Shown here in pieces: positions 31,777-42,511 of a stretch of DNA of 64,000 bases. Both the position numbers and the translations under genes were made by a program. Numbering within the stretch: position 1 is the stretch's first letter; each line of letters begins with the position of its first letter. The notes under the pieces were generated by a model. The model made no database searches, was not told the DNA's origin, and worked only from the letters and a program-made list of their open reading frames with translations. The stretch comes from an uncultured Bacteroides sp. (GTDB lineage Bacteria; Bacteroidota; Bacteroidia; G022818785): contig CAZUHH010000008.1 in the NCBI GenBank assembly GCA_964620755.1, forward strand, positions 191,172 through 255,171. Reading direction: 5' to 3'.

Positions 31777-33639
31777 ATGTTTCAAAATTATGATATAATT
31801 GTTGTTGGTGCAGGACATGCAGGTTGTGAAGCTGCTTTAGTAAGTGCTAAATTAGGATCTAAAGTTCTTTTAATTACTATGAATATTTCTACTATAGGTC
31901 AAATGTCATGTAATCCTGCAATGGGAGGCATTGCTAAAGGTCAAATTATACGAGAAATAGATGCTTTAGGAGGTGGATCTGGAATTATTGCTGATAAAAC
32001 TACATTACAGTTTAGAATGTTAAATAAATCTAAAGGTCCTGCTATGTGGAGTCCACGTACGCAAAATGATAGAATACATTTTTCTTTGGAATGGAAATAT
32101 TTAATATCAAAATATAAAATTGATATATGGGAAGATAATGTAATTAAATTAATAATTAAAAATGATCAAATTATAGGAGTTTATACATATAATAAAATAT
32201 GTATATATTCTAAATCAGTTATTATAACAAATGGTACATTTTTAAATGGTTTAATTCATATTGGTAATAATAAATTTAATGGTGGTAGATTTGGAGAAAA
32301 ATCATCAATTGGTATTACAGAGCAATTAAAATCTTTAGGCTTTAAAACTGGTAGATTAAAAACTGGTACTTCACCTAGAGTTGATAAACGTACTATTAAT
32401 TATAATGTTTTAATAGAGCAAAAAGGAGATATTAATGTAAGTAAATTTTCATTTAACAAAATTAAATCTCATTTTAAGTCTTTAAGTTGTTATATAGCGT
32501 ATACAAATGAGAAAGTACATAAAATTATTAAAGATAATATTAAAGAATCTTTTATGTATGATAACAATTTAGAATTGAAAGGACCTAGGTATTGTCCTTC
32601 GATAGAAGATAAAATAATAAGATTTAGCGATAAGAAACATCATCAAATATTTATTGAGCCTGATGGATATAACAGTAATGAAGTTTATATTAATGGTTTT
32701 TCAACATCCTTATCAATTAATACACAGATTAAATCTTTACAATTAATTAATGGTTTTGAAAAAGCAAAAATAATAAAACCTGGATATGCTATAGAATATG
32801 ATTATTTTGATCCTACGCAATTATATTTAACTATGGAAAGTAAAAAAATTAAAAATTTATTTATGGCTGGGCAAATAAATGGCACTACAGGATATGAAGA
32901 AGCTGCTTGTCAAGGAATGATAGCTGGAATTAATGCTTATCAAAAAAATAATGATAGAAAAGAATTTATTATAAAAAGATCTGAAGGATATATTGGTGTT
33001 TTAATTGATGATTTAGTTACTAAAGGAACTAAAGAACCATATAGAATGTTTACGTCAAGGGCAGAACATAGATTATTATTAAGACAAGATAATGCTGATA
33101 TAAGACTTTCTTTTAAGGGTCATAAATTAGGATTAATATCCAATTATAGAATAAAAAAAGTTAATAGTAAAATATTAGGATATAATTATATCATTAAATT
33201 TTTAAAAAATACTAAAATGTCTATACAAAATATTAATTCATTAATATCTTTATCTAATAATGGCAAAATATCAAATAATTACATATCGTTATATAACATA
33301 TTACTAAGACCAGAAATTAATATATATGATATAGCAAATTTAAACGTTGAATTAAAAAATATATTATCAAAATATGATAAAGAAACTATACAACAATCGG
33401 AAATTAATATCAAATATGGCCATTATTTAATAAGAGAGCAAATTATGATTGATAAAATTAATTCTATTGAAAACTATACAATAAATCCTAATTTTGAATA
33501 TCAAAAAATATCATCATTATCTAGTGAGGCTAAAGAAAAATTATCTATGATTAAACCTAAAACATTAGGTCAGGCTTCTAGAATTTCAGGTATTTCTGCA
33601 TCTGATATATCAATATTAGCAATAAAATTAAGGAAGTAA
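31777..33639 (+). CDS. mnmG: tRNA uridine 5-carboxymethylaminomethyl modification enzyme MnmG (GidA)
   Basis: FAD-binding YDIIVVGAGHAGCEAA and conserved GidA blocks; 620 aa. Confidence 0.95.
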   Translation: MFQNYDIIVVGAGHAGCEAALVSAKLGSKVLLITMNISTIGQMSCNPAMGGIAKGQIIREIDALGGGSGIIADKTTLQFRMLNKSKGPAMWSPRTQNDRIHFSLEWKYLISKYKIDIWEDNVIKLIIKNDQIIGVYTYNKICIYSKSVIITNGTFLNGLIHIGNNKFNGGRFGEKSSIGITEQLKSLGFKTGRLKTGTSPRVDKRTINYNVLIEQKGDINVSKFSFNKIKSHFKSLSCYIAYTNEKVHKIIKDNIKESFMYDNNLELKGPRYCPSIEDKIIRFSDKKHHQIFIEPDGYNSNEVYINGFSTSLSINTQIKSLQLINGFEKAKIIKPGYAIEYDYFDPTQLYLTMESKKIKNLFMAGQINGTTGYEEAACQGMIAGINAYQKNNDRKEFIIKRSEGYIGVLIDDLVTKGTKEPYRMFTSRAEHRLLLRQDNADIRLSFKGHKLGLISNYRIKKVNSKILGYNYIIKFLKNTKMSIQNINSLISLSNNGKISNNYISLYNILLRPEINIYDIANLNVELKNILSKYDKETIQQSEINIKYGHYLIREQIMIDKINSIENYTINPNFEYQKISSLSSEAKEKLSMIKPKTLGQASRISGISASDISILAIKLRK

Positions 33640-33651
33640 AAATATTATAAT

Positions 33652-34398
33652 ATGAAAGTAATATTAATTGGATATGGAAAAATGGGTAAAATAATAGAAA
33701 ATATTTTACATAAAAGAAATCATACAATAATTACCAAAATTAATAAATTAACACCCTTAAATAAAGTTAAATCATTATTAAAATATTCTGATATTGCAAT
33801 CGATTTTAGTCATTGCGATATAGTAGTTAATAATATATTAACATGTTTTGATTATAATATACCTATAGTTGTTGGTACAACTGGATGGAATAAATATCTT
33901 AATTATATTAAGAAAAAATGTATTGTTGATAAAAAGTCTATTTTATATTCAACTAATTTTAGCTTGGGTTGTAATATTGTGATGTTTATTAATCGTATTA
34001 TTACTAAAATTTTAAATAATTATGATCAGTATAATATTTATATCAATGAAGGTCATCATAAAAATAAGTTTGATAGTCCAAGTGGAACTTCTATTGTAAT
34101 AGCTCATGATATAATAAATAATATTAATAGAAAAAAAAATTTTTATAATAAAATTTTGACAAAAAATTTTTTTTTAAAAAATATAAAAACAAATAAAAAT
34201 AAAATATTAATAAATTCTATTAGAGATAATCATTATATAGGATATCATGAGATTAATTATAAATCTGTTAATGATATTATTACTTTAAAACATAATGTTT
34301 ATAATCGTTATGAATTTGCATATGGAGCTGTAATAAGTGCAGAGTGGTTAATTAATAAGCAAGGTTTTTTTACCATGAAAGATATAATAAAACTATAA
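33652..34398 (+). CDS. dapB: 4-hydroxy-tetrahydrodipicolinate reductase
   Basis: NAD-binding [13 protein letters not shown], catalytic block [14 protein letters not shown]. Confidence 0.85.
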   Translation: MKVILIGYGKMGKIIENILHKRNHTIITKINKLTPLNKVKSLLKYSDIAIDFSHCDIVVNNILTCFDYNIPIVVGTTGWNKYLNYIKKKCIVDKKSILYSTNFSLGCNIVMFINRIITKILNNYDQYNIYINEGHHKNKFDSPSGTSIVIAHDIINNINRKKNFYNKILTKNFFLKNIKTNKNKILINSIRDNHYIGYHEINYKSVNDIITLKHNVYNRYEFAYGAVISAEWLINKQGFFTMKDIIKL

Positions 34399-35420
34399 TG
34401 TTTTTTTTACATATAAAAAGTACATTTAAATCAGTATTAATAATTTTAATAATTAAATTATTTATTATAGAGTCATATTTTATTCCTACATCTTCTATGA
34501 AAGATTCTTTACTAATTGGAGATTTTATATTAGTTAGTAAGTTTAATTATGGAATTAGAATGCCATATACTCCATTATCATTACCATTTTTTCATAATAA
34601 AATAGAGTTTTTAAATTGCAATTCATATTCTAATAAAATTCAAATTCCATATATACGTTTATTTAATTTTTTTAACATACAACGTAATGATTTATTAGTT
34701 TTTAATTATCCTAATGATCATAATCATCATCAAATTGATAAAAAAGATAATTATATTAAAAGATGTGTAGGAATACCTGGAGATATTATTGAAATTAATA
34801 AATCAATAGTATTGATAAATAATAATATTATTAATTCAAATGAAAAATTGACATATACATATATTGTAGAAACTGATAATGATTTTATATTATATAATTT
34901 TATGATTAAAAATAATATTAAATTTATAAAAATTAAAAATAATAAATATGTTCTTTATTCTATATCTAAAGAAATATTTAATTGTTTGCATAAAATAAGT
35001 AATATATATCAATATATTTATCCAGACGATTTTTTTGAGAAAGATATATTTCCAATTAATTCTTATTATTATTTTAATAGAGATAATTATGGGCCACTAT
35101 ATATTCCTAAAAAAAATGATTATCTATATATAGATAATAATAATATATTATTATATCAGGATATTATTCAAAAATATGAAAATAATAAATTAAAAATACA
35201 AAATAACAGTATATTTATAAATAATATAAAAACAAATTTTTATAAAATAAAAATGAATTATTATTTTGTTTTAGGTGATAATAGACATGATTCTTATGAT
35301 TCTAGATATTGGGGATTTTTACCTGAAAATCATATTATAGGAAAAGCATTTTTAATTTGGATGTCTTATAATATAGATAATAATATTATTAGATGGAATC
35401 GAATATTTAAAATTATTTAA
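34398..35420 (+). CDS. lepB: Signal peptidase I
   Basis: Catalytic Ser region [17 protein letters not shown] and [14 protein letters not shown] box; start overlaps dapB stop by 1 nt. Confidence 0.85.
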   Translation: MFFLHIKSTFKSVLIILIIKLFIIESYFIPTSSMKDSLLIGDFILVSKFNYGIRMPYTPLSLPFFHNKIEFLNCNSYSNKIQIPYIRLFNFFNIQRNDLLVFNYPNDHNHHQIDKKDNYIKRCVGIPGDIIEINKSIVLINNNIINSNEKLTYTYIVETDNDFILYNFMIKNNIKFIKIKNNKYVLYSISKEIFNCLHKISNIYQYIYPDDFFEKDIFPINSYYYFNRDNYGPLYIPKKNDYLYIDNNNILLYQDIIQKYENNKLKIQNNSIFINNIKTNFYKIKMNYYFVLGDNRHDSYDSRYWGFLPENHIIGKAFLIWMSYNIDNNIIRWNRIFKII

Positions 35421-35467
35421 TAATATTTTATATTTAAATAATAATTATCTTCAAAAATATCATTAAT

Positions 35468-37645
35468 ATGAAAAAAAAAGCTTTAGATTATCATGCATTA
35501 CCATATCCTGGAAAAATATCAGTTATATCATCTAAACCTACTAATACTCAAGAAAATCTTTCATTAGCATATTCTCCTGGTGTTGCAGAGCCTTGTTTAG
35601 AAATAGTTAATAATAAACAAAATATTTACCAGTATACCAATAAAGGTAATTTAGTAGCAGTTATTAGTGATGGAAGTGCAGTGTTAGGATTAGGTAATAT
35701 TGGGCCAGAAGCTTCTAAGCCAGTTATGGAGGGAAAAAGTGTTTTATTTAAAATATTTGCAGATATAGATGTGTTTGATATTGAATTAAAAACCTCTAAT
35801 GTTGAAGATTTTATTAAAACTGTTAAATCATTAGCTCCTACATTTGGAGGTATTAATTTAGAAGATATTAAAGCACCAGAATGTTTTCAAATAGAAAAAA
35901 TATTAAAAAATGAATTAGATATTCCTGTAATGCATGATGATCAGCATGGTACTGCTATTATATCTGGAGCAGCATTAATCAATGCATTGAAATTACAAAG
36001 TAAAAAAATTAACAAAATTAAAATAGTGATATCTGGAGCAGGAGCAGCTGCAATATCTTGTGCTAAAATGTATATTTTATTAGGAGCATGTAAAAAAAAT
36101 ATTTTCATGTTTGATAGCAAAGGTATTATTAATAGTAAAAGAAATGATTTAAATAATATTAAATTAGAATTTGCAACTGATGATTATACAATAAACAATT
36201 TAAAAGACGCTTTAAAAGGCGCAGATTTTTTTGTAGGATTATCAAAAGGAGGTATTTTAGATACAAGTATGTTAAAAGTTATGGCAAAAAATCCTATTGT
36301 GTTTGCAATGGCAAATCCTAATCCAGAAATTGATTATAATTTAGCTATTAAAACTCGTAATGATATTATTATAGCTACAGGTAGATCAGATTTTCCCAAT
36401 CAAGTTAATAATGTTTTAGGTTTTCCATACATTTTTAGAGGAGCTTTAGATGTAAAAGCAACTACTATTAATGATGAAATGAAAGTAGCAGCTGTATATG
36501 CTATTGCAAAACTTGCTAAAAAACCTGTACCATATTATGTAAATAAAGCATATAATAATAATAATATTGTATTTAGTAAAAATTATATCATACCAAAACC
36601 TTTAGATTATAGACTATTAATAAATGTTTCAATAGCAGTAGCTAAACAAGCTATTGTATCAAAAATAGCTAATAATAAAATACATGATTGGCAAAATTAT
36701 GAATGTCAATTAAGAAAAAGATTAAATATACATCATTATTTTATTAATAATATCATTAATAAAATAAAATATAATCCTAAAAAAATCATTTTTTCTAATG
36801 CTGACAATTTTGAAATATTAAAATCAGCTGAATATTTATATGATGAAAAAATAGCAATACCAATTTTACTTGGCAATAAAGAAAAGATATTAGATATTAT
36901 TAAATCCTATAATTTACAATTAAACAATGTTTTAATAACTGACATTAACAATAATAAATTTAATGAAATGATTAAATGTTATTTATTGAAATATTACAGT
37001 GTTAAAAATATATGTTCAAAGGATAATATTAATACTATTTATAAAATGGTAATAAATAATTATGAATATTATGGAAATTTAATGCTTGATATGGGAATAG
37101 GGCAGTCTATTATAAAACCAATTAATAATGATTATTATAACAAATCAGAGCAGTATTTGAATATTTTAAATTATAAGAATAATTTTTATAAAACTGCTAT
37201 AATAAATTGTTTTCTAATAAAAGAAGGAATACGCTTTATATGTGATGTTAATATTAATGATAATCAAGATAATATATTAAGTATTATTGATACAATATAT
37301 AATTATATTAATAGTTTAGGTATAAAACCTAGTATATCAATTATATCATATAAAAACATTGATAAATTACAATCAGTTATTAAATTATTAAAAATTAAAT
37401 ATCCCAATACAGTACTTGATGCATCAATTAATGAAAATAGATATTGTTTTAATAATAAATTTTACAACGTAATAATATCATTAAATTATCATTTAAGTAA
37501 TATTACATATAAATTATTTAATAATATAAACGATAAAAATCATATAGGGCCTATATTAATAGGTTTACAAAAATCAATATACATGTTCAAAAAAGATGCT
37601 TCTATTAATGATATCATTAATACAGCTATATTGTCAATATCATAA
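35468..37645 (+). CDS. maeB: NADP-dependent malic enzyme (malic enzyme domain fused to PTA-like domain)
   Basis: ALDYHALPYPGKIS N-terminus, HDDQHGTAIISGAAL, NAD(P)-binding GAGAAAISCAKM; 725 aa. Confidence 0.85.
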   Translation: MKKKALDYHALPYPGKISVISSKPTNTQENLSLAYSPGVAEPCLEIVNNKQNIYQYTNKGNLVAVISDGSAVLGLGNIGPEASKPVMEGKSVLFKIFADIDVFDIELKTSNVEDFIKTVKSLAPTFGGINLEDIKAPECFQIEKILKNELDIPVMHDDQHGTAIISGAALINALKLQSKKINKIKIVISGAGAAAISCAKMYILLGACKKNIFMFDSKGIINSKRNDLNNIKLEFATDDYTINNLKDALKGADFFVGLSKGGILDTSMLKVMAKNPIVFAMANPNPEIDYNLAIKTRNDIIIATGRSDFPNQVNNVLGFPYIFRGALDVKATTINDEMKVAAVYAIAKLAKKPVPYYVNKAYNNNNIVFSKNYIIPKPLDYRLLINVSIAVAKQAIVSKIANNKIHDWQNYECQLRKRLNIHHYFINNIINKIKYNPKKIIFSNADNFEILKSAEYLYDEKIAIPILLGNKEKILDIIKSYNLQLNNVLITDINNNKFNEMIKCYLLKYYSVKNICSKDNINTIYKMVINNYEYYGNLMLDMGIGQSIIKPINNDYYNKSEQYLNILNYKNNFYKTAIINCFLIKEGIRFICDVNINDNQDNILSIIDTIYNYINSLGIKPSISIISYKNIDKLQSVIKLLKIKYPNTVLDASINENRYCFNNKFYNVIISLNYHLSNITYKLFNNINDKNHIGPILIGLQKSIYMFKKDASINDIINTAILSIS

Positions 37646-37654
37646 AATGTTAAT

Positions 37655-38254
37655 ATGATTTATTCCATTAAAGGTATATTAAAATTAATTGAAAAAAATA
37701 AAATTATTATATCAAATAATAATATTGAATATATACTTATAATTACATTGTACACATATAAAAATATTATAAGTACATATAAAATTAATGACTTTATAAA
37801 AATATATACATATATTAATATTATCAAAGATAAATTTATTAATCTATATGGTTTTATCAATGAATATGAAAAAGAGTTATTTATTGTACTTTTATCGGTA
37901 TCTAAAATAGGACCTAGTACTTGTATATCAATTTTATCAGATATACCTTTTAATGAATTAAAACAACTTATTTTACAAGAAAATGTTAAAAAAATTAGTA
38001 ATATTAAAGGTATAGGTATTAAATCTGCTCAAAGAATAGTAATAGAATTAAAAGAAAAAATAAAAAAAGTTTCACTATATCATGGTAATATAACTATTGA
38101 TAGTTTACCAATTATTGATGAATCTATGAAAGCTCTTATGTCATTAGGTGTTAATAAAAATATAGCTGAAACCGTATTAAAAGATATTGTCAATAAATTT
38201 CCTAACAACAACAATATAGAATTTATTATAAAAGAAGCATTAAAAAAAATATAA
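37655..38254 (+). CDS. ruvA: Holliday junction DNA helicase RuvA
   Basis: N-terminal MIYSIKGIL OB-fold start, helix-hairpin-helix IKGIGIKSAQRIV; 199 aa. Confidence 0.82.
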   Translation: MIYSIKGILKLIEKNKIIISNNNIEYILIITLYTYKNIISTYKINDFIKIYTYINIIKDKFINLYGFINEYEKELFIVLLSVSKIGPSTCISILSDIPFNELKQLILQENVKKISNIKGIGIKSAQRIVIELKEKIKKVSLYHGNITIDSLPIIDESMKALMSLGVNKNIAETVLKDIVNKFPNNNNIEFIIKEALKKI

Positions 38255-38260
38255 AATTAT

Positions 38261-38545
38261 TCATTTGTATTTTTTTAATTGCACAATAAGTGAATCTACA
38301 GCTATGTTAATACCTTCATAAAAATTTTTGCAATATTTTTTAACAAACAAAGTATTGTGAGGTATAACTGCCATTATACCAATGGTATTTCTCTTTTTTA
38401 AACACTGGTCTATTTTGAGATATATTTTACATAAAATAATATTATTATAAAAACATGATATTTTTTTAATCTTTTTTATAGCTGTATTTACAAGATTGCT
38501 ACTTTTATCAAAATTAACACATTGTATAAGAATATTCATAATCAT
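38261..38545 (-). CDS. hpf: Ribosome hibernation promoting factor / RaiA-family protein
   Basis: NIILCKIYLK and INIAVDSLIVQLKKYK align with HPF core (VYVVLKVEK ... AAIDGLIDKLARQLTKHK). Confidence 0.65.
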   Translation of the reverse strand: MIMNILIQCVNFDKSSNLVNTAIKKIKKISCFYNNIILCKIYLKIDQCLKKRNTIGIMAVIPHNTLFVKKYCKNFYEGINIAVDSLIVQLKKYK

Positions 38546-38574
38546 ATATATTTTAATTGTTAAAAATTATCTCA

Positions 38575-38769
38575 TTACATATAATCTTTATCTTTTATTT
38601 TTTGTTTATAAATAGCATTTTTTATAATGTTCCTTCTCTTTGTAGAATTTTTTTCAAATGATTGCCTATTACGTAATTCTTTTAAAATACCTATCTTATC
38701 AAATTTTCTTTTAAATTTTCTAATAGCTCTATCGAAATTATCTCCTTCTTTAATTTCAGTTATTATCAT
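38575..38769 (-). CDS. rpsU: 30S ribosomal protein S21
   Basis: 64 aa basic protein, FDRAIRKFKRK and KRRNIIKNAIYKQK typical of S21. Confidence 0.85.
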   Translation of the reverse strand: MIITEIKEGDNFDRAIRKFKRKFDKIGILKELRNRQSFEKNSTKRRNIIKNAIYKQKIKDKDYM

Positions 38770-38875
38770 GTTAAAGACTGATTTGTAATTTTATATATTA
38801 TTAATATTATAAATTATAGTTATATTATACAATTATTAAGTTAATAAAAAAAATTATAAAATATATAATAATAAT

Positions 38876-40006
38876 ATGAATATTGGAATGATAGGTTATC
38901 CTACATATGGTGGTAGTGGAATAATTGCAAGTGAATTAAGTAATCATTTGGCATTAAAAAATCATACAATACATTTTTTTAGCTATTGTCAACCTGTTAG
39001 ATTAAATATGTATTCTAATAATATTTTTTTTCATAAAATAATTACATTAAAAGAATCAATATTGAAATATAAATTATATGAATCAGAATTAATTAGTACC
39101 GTCATTGATATATATTATAAATATTCATTAGATATATTACATATTCATTATGCAATACCACATGCTTATGTGGGATGTATGATAAAAGATATTTTATTGG
39201 CTAATAAAATTAAATTATTGCTAATAACAACTTTACATGGAACTGATATAACATTAATTCAAAAAAGAAAAATATATATTCCGTTAATAGAATATGCTAT
39301 TAATCACTCAGATGGTCTAACTACAGTTTCCAATTCGTTAAAAGAAGATACATTAAAGTATTTTAATGTAAAAAATAATATTATTACAATACCTAACTTT
39401 ATAGATATTAAAAGATTTAGATATTATGATAATAATATTTTAAAAAATATGATAGCACCTAACAATGAATTTATTATTATCCATGTTTCTAATTTTAGAA
39501 AAGTAAAAAATGCAAAAGATGTTATAATCATATTTTTTAAAATATTACAATGTAAAAATATATGTGCCAAATTAGTATTAATTGGAGAAGGCCCTGAAAT
39601 GAATAATGTTAAAGCTATATGTGAAAAATATAATATAACGGAATATGTATACTTTTTAGGATACCAAAGTATTATTGAAGATTTTTATAATATAAGTGAT
39701 ATATTGTTACTTCCATCGTATTTAGAATCGTTTAGTTTAGTCGCATTAGAGGCTATGTCTTGTGGTGTTCCCGTAATATCATCTAATGCGGGAGGATTAT
39801 CAGAAATTAATATTAATGGCAAAACTGGATTTGTTTCTCCTATTGGGGATATTGAATCTATGTCTAAAAATGCTATATACTTATTGAAAAATATTAATAT
39901 ATTAAAATTATTTAAAAAAAATGCGTGTCATTATGCTAGAAATTTTGATAAAAATAATATTGTTGAATTATATGAAAAATATTATTATAGCTTAATAAAA
40001 AAGTAA
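38876..40006 (+). CDS. bshA: N-acetyl-alpha-D-glucosaminyl L-malate synthase (bacillithiol glycosyltransferase, GT4)
   Basis: N-terminus MNIGMIGYPTYGGSGIIASEL, HYAIPHA, TTLHGTDIT and HVSNFRKVKN align closely with BshA. Confidence 0.78.
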   Translation: MNIGMIGYPTYGGSGIIASELSNHLALKNHTIHFFSYCQPVRLNMYSNNIFFHKIITLKESILKYKLYESELISTVIDIYYKYSLDILHIHYAIPHAYVGCMIKDILLANKIKLLLITTLHGTDITLIQKRKIYIPLIEYAINHSDGLTTVSNSLKEDTLKYFNVKNNIITIPNFIDIKRFRYYDNNILKNMIAPNNEFIIIHVSNFRKVKNAKDVIIIFFKILQCKNICAKLVLIGEGPEMNNVKAICEKYNITEYVYFLGYQSIIEDFYNISDILLLPSYLESFSLVALEAMSCGVPVISSNAGGLSEININGKTGFVSPIGDIESMSKNAIYLLKNINILKLFKKNACHYARNFDKNNIVELYEKYYYSLIKK

Positions 40007-40030
40007 TTATACAATAAAATTTCTTTTATT

Positions 40031-41014
40031 TTAAGATGATAATATATCAACCATAGATAGTAATTCAGATGAATATTCTTTTTTAATATTAATAATATTA
40101 TTTAATTTTATGTTACGTATATTATTGTTATGAATACCTATCATTATATTATATACATTATTTATAACAGAATTAATTGCTGCATAACCCATTCTACTTG
40201 CTATTATTCTATCTATACAAGTAGGTGTTCCTCCTCTTTGTATATGTCCTAAAATTGTTATTTTAGTATCGTAATATGGAAATTCATTATTTATTTTTTG
40301 AGCAATTTCTGAAGTGGTGCCAATTTTATTACCTTCTGCAAGTATAATTATTTTAGAAGATTTATTTTTTCTACTATTTTTTAAACGTTTATATAAATAA
40401 TTGATATTGTCATTGTATTTTGGTAAAATAATAGCTTCTGCTCCAATACTAATTCCACTATTTAAGGCTATATAGCCAGTATTTTTTCCCATTACTTCAA
40501 CTAAAAATAATCTTTCATGCGATTCAGCTGTATCTCTAATTTTGTCTACTGTATTTACTACAGTATTTATAGCTGTATCATAACCGATAGTAAAATCTGT
40601 TCCATATAAATCATTATCTATAGTAGCTGGTATAGCTATAATGGGAAAATTATAAAGATTATAAAATTTATATGCACCATTAAATGTGCCATTTCCTCCT
40701 ATAACTATTAAAATATCTATTTTATTTTTTAATAAATTTTTATATGCTAAATCCATTCCATCTCTATTTTTAAATTTTTCACTTCTTGCAGTTTTTAAAA
40801 TTGTCCCCCCTCTTTGAATAATATTAGCTACTGAATGAGTATTTAACTTACAAAAATCATTTTCTATAAGACCATTATAGCCTCTTTTAATACCTATAAT
40901 ATTCATTTTATAAAAAATTCCTGTTCGTACTATAGATCTAATACATGCATTCATGCCTGGAGCATCTCCACCAGAAGTCAATAATCCTATATTACAAATT
41001 TTATTCATTTTCAA
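40031..41014 (-). CDS. pfkA: ATP-dependent 6-phosphofructokinase
   Basis: GLLTSGGDAPGMNACIRSIVR, GGNGT, catalytic MGKNTGY-region blocks; 327 aa. Confidence 0.9.
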   Translation of the reverse strand: MKMNKICNIGLLTSGGDAPGMNACIRSIVRTGIFYKMNIIGIKRGYNGLIENDFCKLNTHSVANIIQRGGTILKTARSEKFKNRDGMDLAYKNLLKNKIDILIVIGGNGTFNGAYKFYNLYNFPIIAIPATIDNDLYGTDFTIGYDTAINTVVNTVDKIRDTAESHERLFLVEVMGKNTGYIALNSGISIGAEAIILPKYNDNINYLYKRLKNSRKNKSSKIIILAEGNKIGTTSEIAQKINNEFPYYDTKITILGHIQRGGTPTCIDRIIASRMGYAAINSVINNVYNIMIGIHNNNIRNIKLNNIINIKKEYSSELLSMVDILSS

Positions 41015-41207
41015 TTTTATGTTAGTAAATGATAATAATATTATTATATTGATAATATATCAATTAACAAAATAATAGTTTAAAATCCATATAACATATC
41101 TCTATAAATACAGTTTTATTTTGTTCAATAAAAATGACATACTTTTTATTAAAATGTGCTATATTTGACTATAATGATTAAGTTATTAAAATTATGATAA
41201 AATTAAA

Positions 41208-42452
41208 ATGAATAATTTCAATTTAATAGATTCTTTTAAAGAATTTAAAAATGCAAAAAATATAGATAAGTTTTATATGGAAAACTTACTTAAGGATGTT
41301 GTTAAAACTATGTTATTAAATACTTATGGATATGATCATAATTTTGATATAATTTTAAATATAGATAAAGGTGATATAGAAATATGGAGAACTAGAAAAA
41401 TAGTTGATAATTTCAATAATATAAATGATTATTTAGAAATAAATTTATCAAATGCACAAAAAAAAGATACTAAATTATCAATAGGTGATGATTTTATAGA
41501 TGAAATTAATATATCAAATTTTAGTAGAAGATCTATATTGATAGGACATCGTATGTTATTATCTAAGATGCTAGAATTAGAGAAACAAGGTATATATAAT
41601 AAATATAAAAATCGTATTAATGAAATCATTATTGCTGAAGTTGTACAAATATTTCCAAAAGGAGCTATATTGATAGATAATCAAAAAAATGAACTTTTTT
41701 TGCCCAAAAGCGAACAAATACAATTTAATTTTTTAAAAAAAGGAGATATTATTAAATCAATTATTATAAATGTTGATATGCTTAATGGAAATCCTAATAT
41801 AATAGTTTCTCGTACTAATAATTTGTTATTAGCAAAATTACTTGAATTAGAGGTACCTGAAATATTTGATGGTTTAATCAATATAAAAAAAATAGTTAGA
41901 GAACCGGGTGAAAGAGCTAAAATATCAGTTGAATCATATGATGATCGTATTGATCCAGTTGGGGCTTGTGTAGGTATTAAGGGATCTAGAATACATGGTA
42001 TTGTTAAAGAGTTATTTAATGAAAATATTGATATAGTACATTATACTGAAAATAAACAGTTATATATACAGAGAGCATTAAGTCCAGCTAAAATATCTAA
42101 TATTGTTATTAATGATGATAATACAGCTTCTGTTTATCTTAAATCTAATCAAGTTTCATTAGCTATTGGTAAAAATGGGTGCAATATAAGATTGGCTATT
42201 AAATTAACTGGATATCATATTAATATTTATCGTGATTCAATAAGTGATAATGTTAATGAAGAAGATATTTTATTAGAAAAATTAAGTGACAAAATATCGC
42301 CTGATATTATAAAAATTTTTAAATCATTAGATATTATTAGTGCAAAAGATGTATTAAATTGTAATATTTCAGATTTAATAAGAAAAACATCTTTACAGGA
42401 AGATACAATTAGAAACATAATTATAATTTTAAAATCTCAGTTTAACCATTAA
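41208..42452 (+). CDS. nusA: Transcription termination/antitermination factor NusA
   Basis: N-terminal domain, S1 and KH domains (GACVGIKGSRIHGIVKEL, LAIGKNGCNIRLA). Confidence 0.9.
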   Translation: MNNFNLIDSFKEFKNAKNIDKFYMENLLKDVVKTMLLNTYGYDHNFDIILNIDKGDIEIWRTRKIVDNFNNINDYLEINLSNAQKKDTKLSIGDDFIDEINISNFSRRSILIGHRMLLSKMLELEKQGIYNKYKNRINEIIIAEVVQIFPKGAILIDNQKNELFLPKSEQIQFNFLKKGDIIKSIIINVDMLNGNPNIIVSRTNNLLLAKLLELEVPEIFDGLINIKKIVREPGERAKISVESYDDRIDPVGACVGIKGSRIHGIVKELFNENIDIVHYTENKQLYIQRALSPAKISNIVINDDNTASVYLKSNQVSLAIGKNGCNIRLAIKLTGYHINIYRDSISDNVNEEDILLEKLSDKISPDIIKIFKSLDIISAKDVLNCNISDLIRKTSLQEDTIRNIIIILKSQFNH

Positions 42453-42511
42453 ATATAATATTTATTTATTTTTAAAATAAAACATGTATATATATTGAGT
42501 TAAAAAATATT

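Noticed and set aside
40013-40030. 7-bp inverted repeat (aataaaa/ttttatt) between convergent bshA and pfkA as a bidirectional terminator
   Set aside because: All-A/T stem with negligible predicted stability; palindromes like this are expected by chance at this composition.
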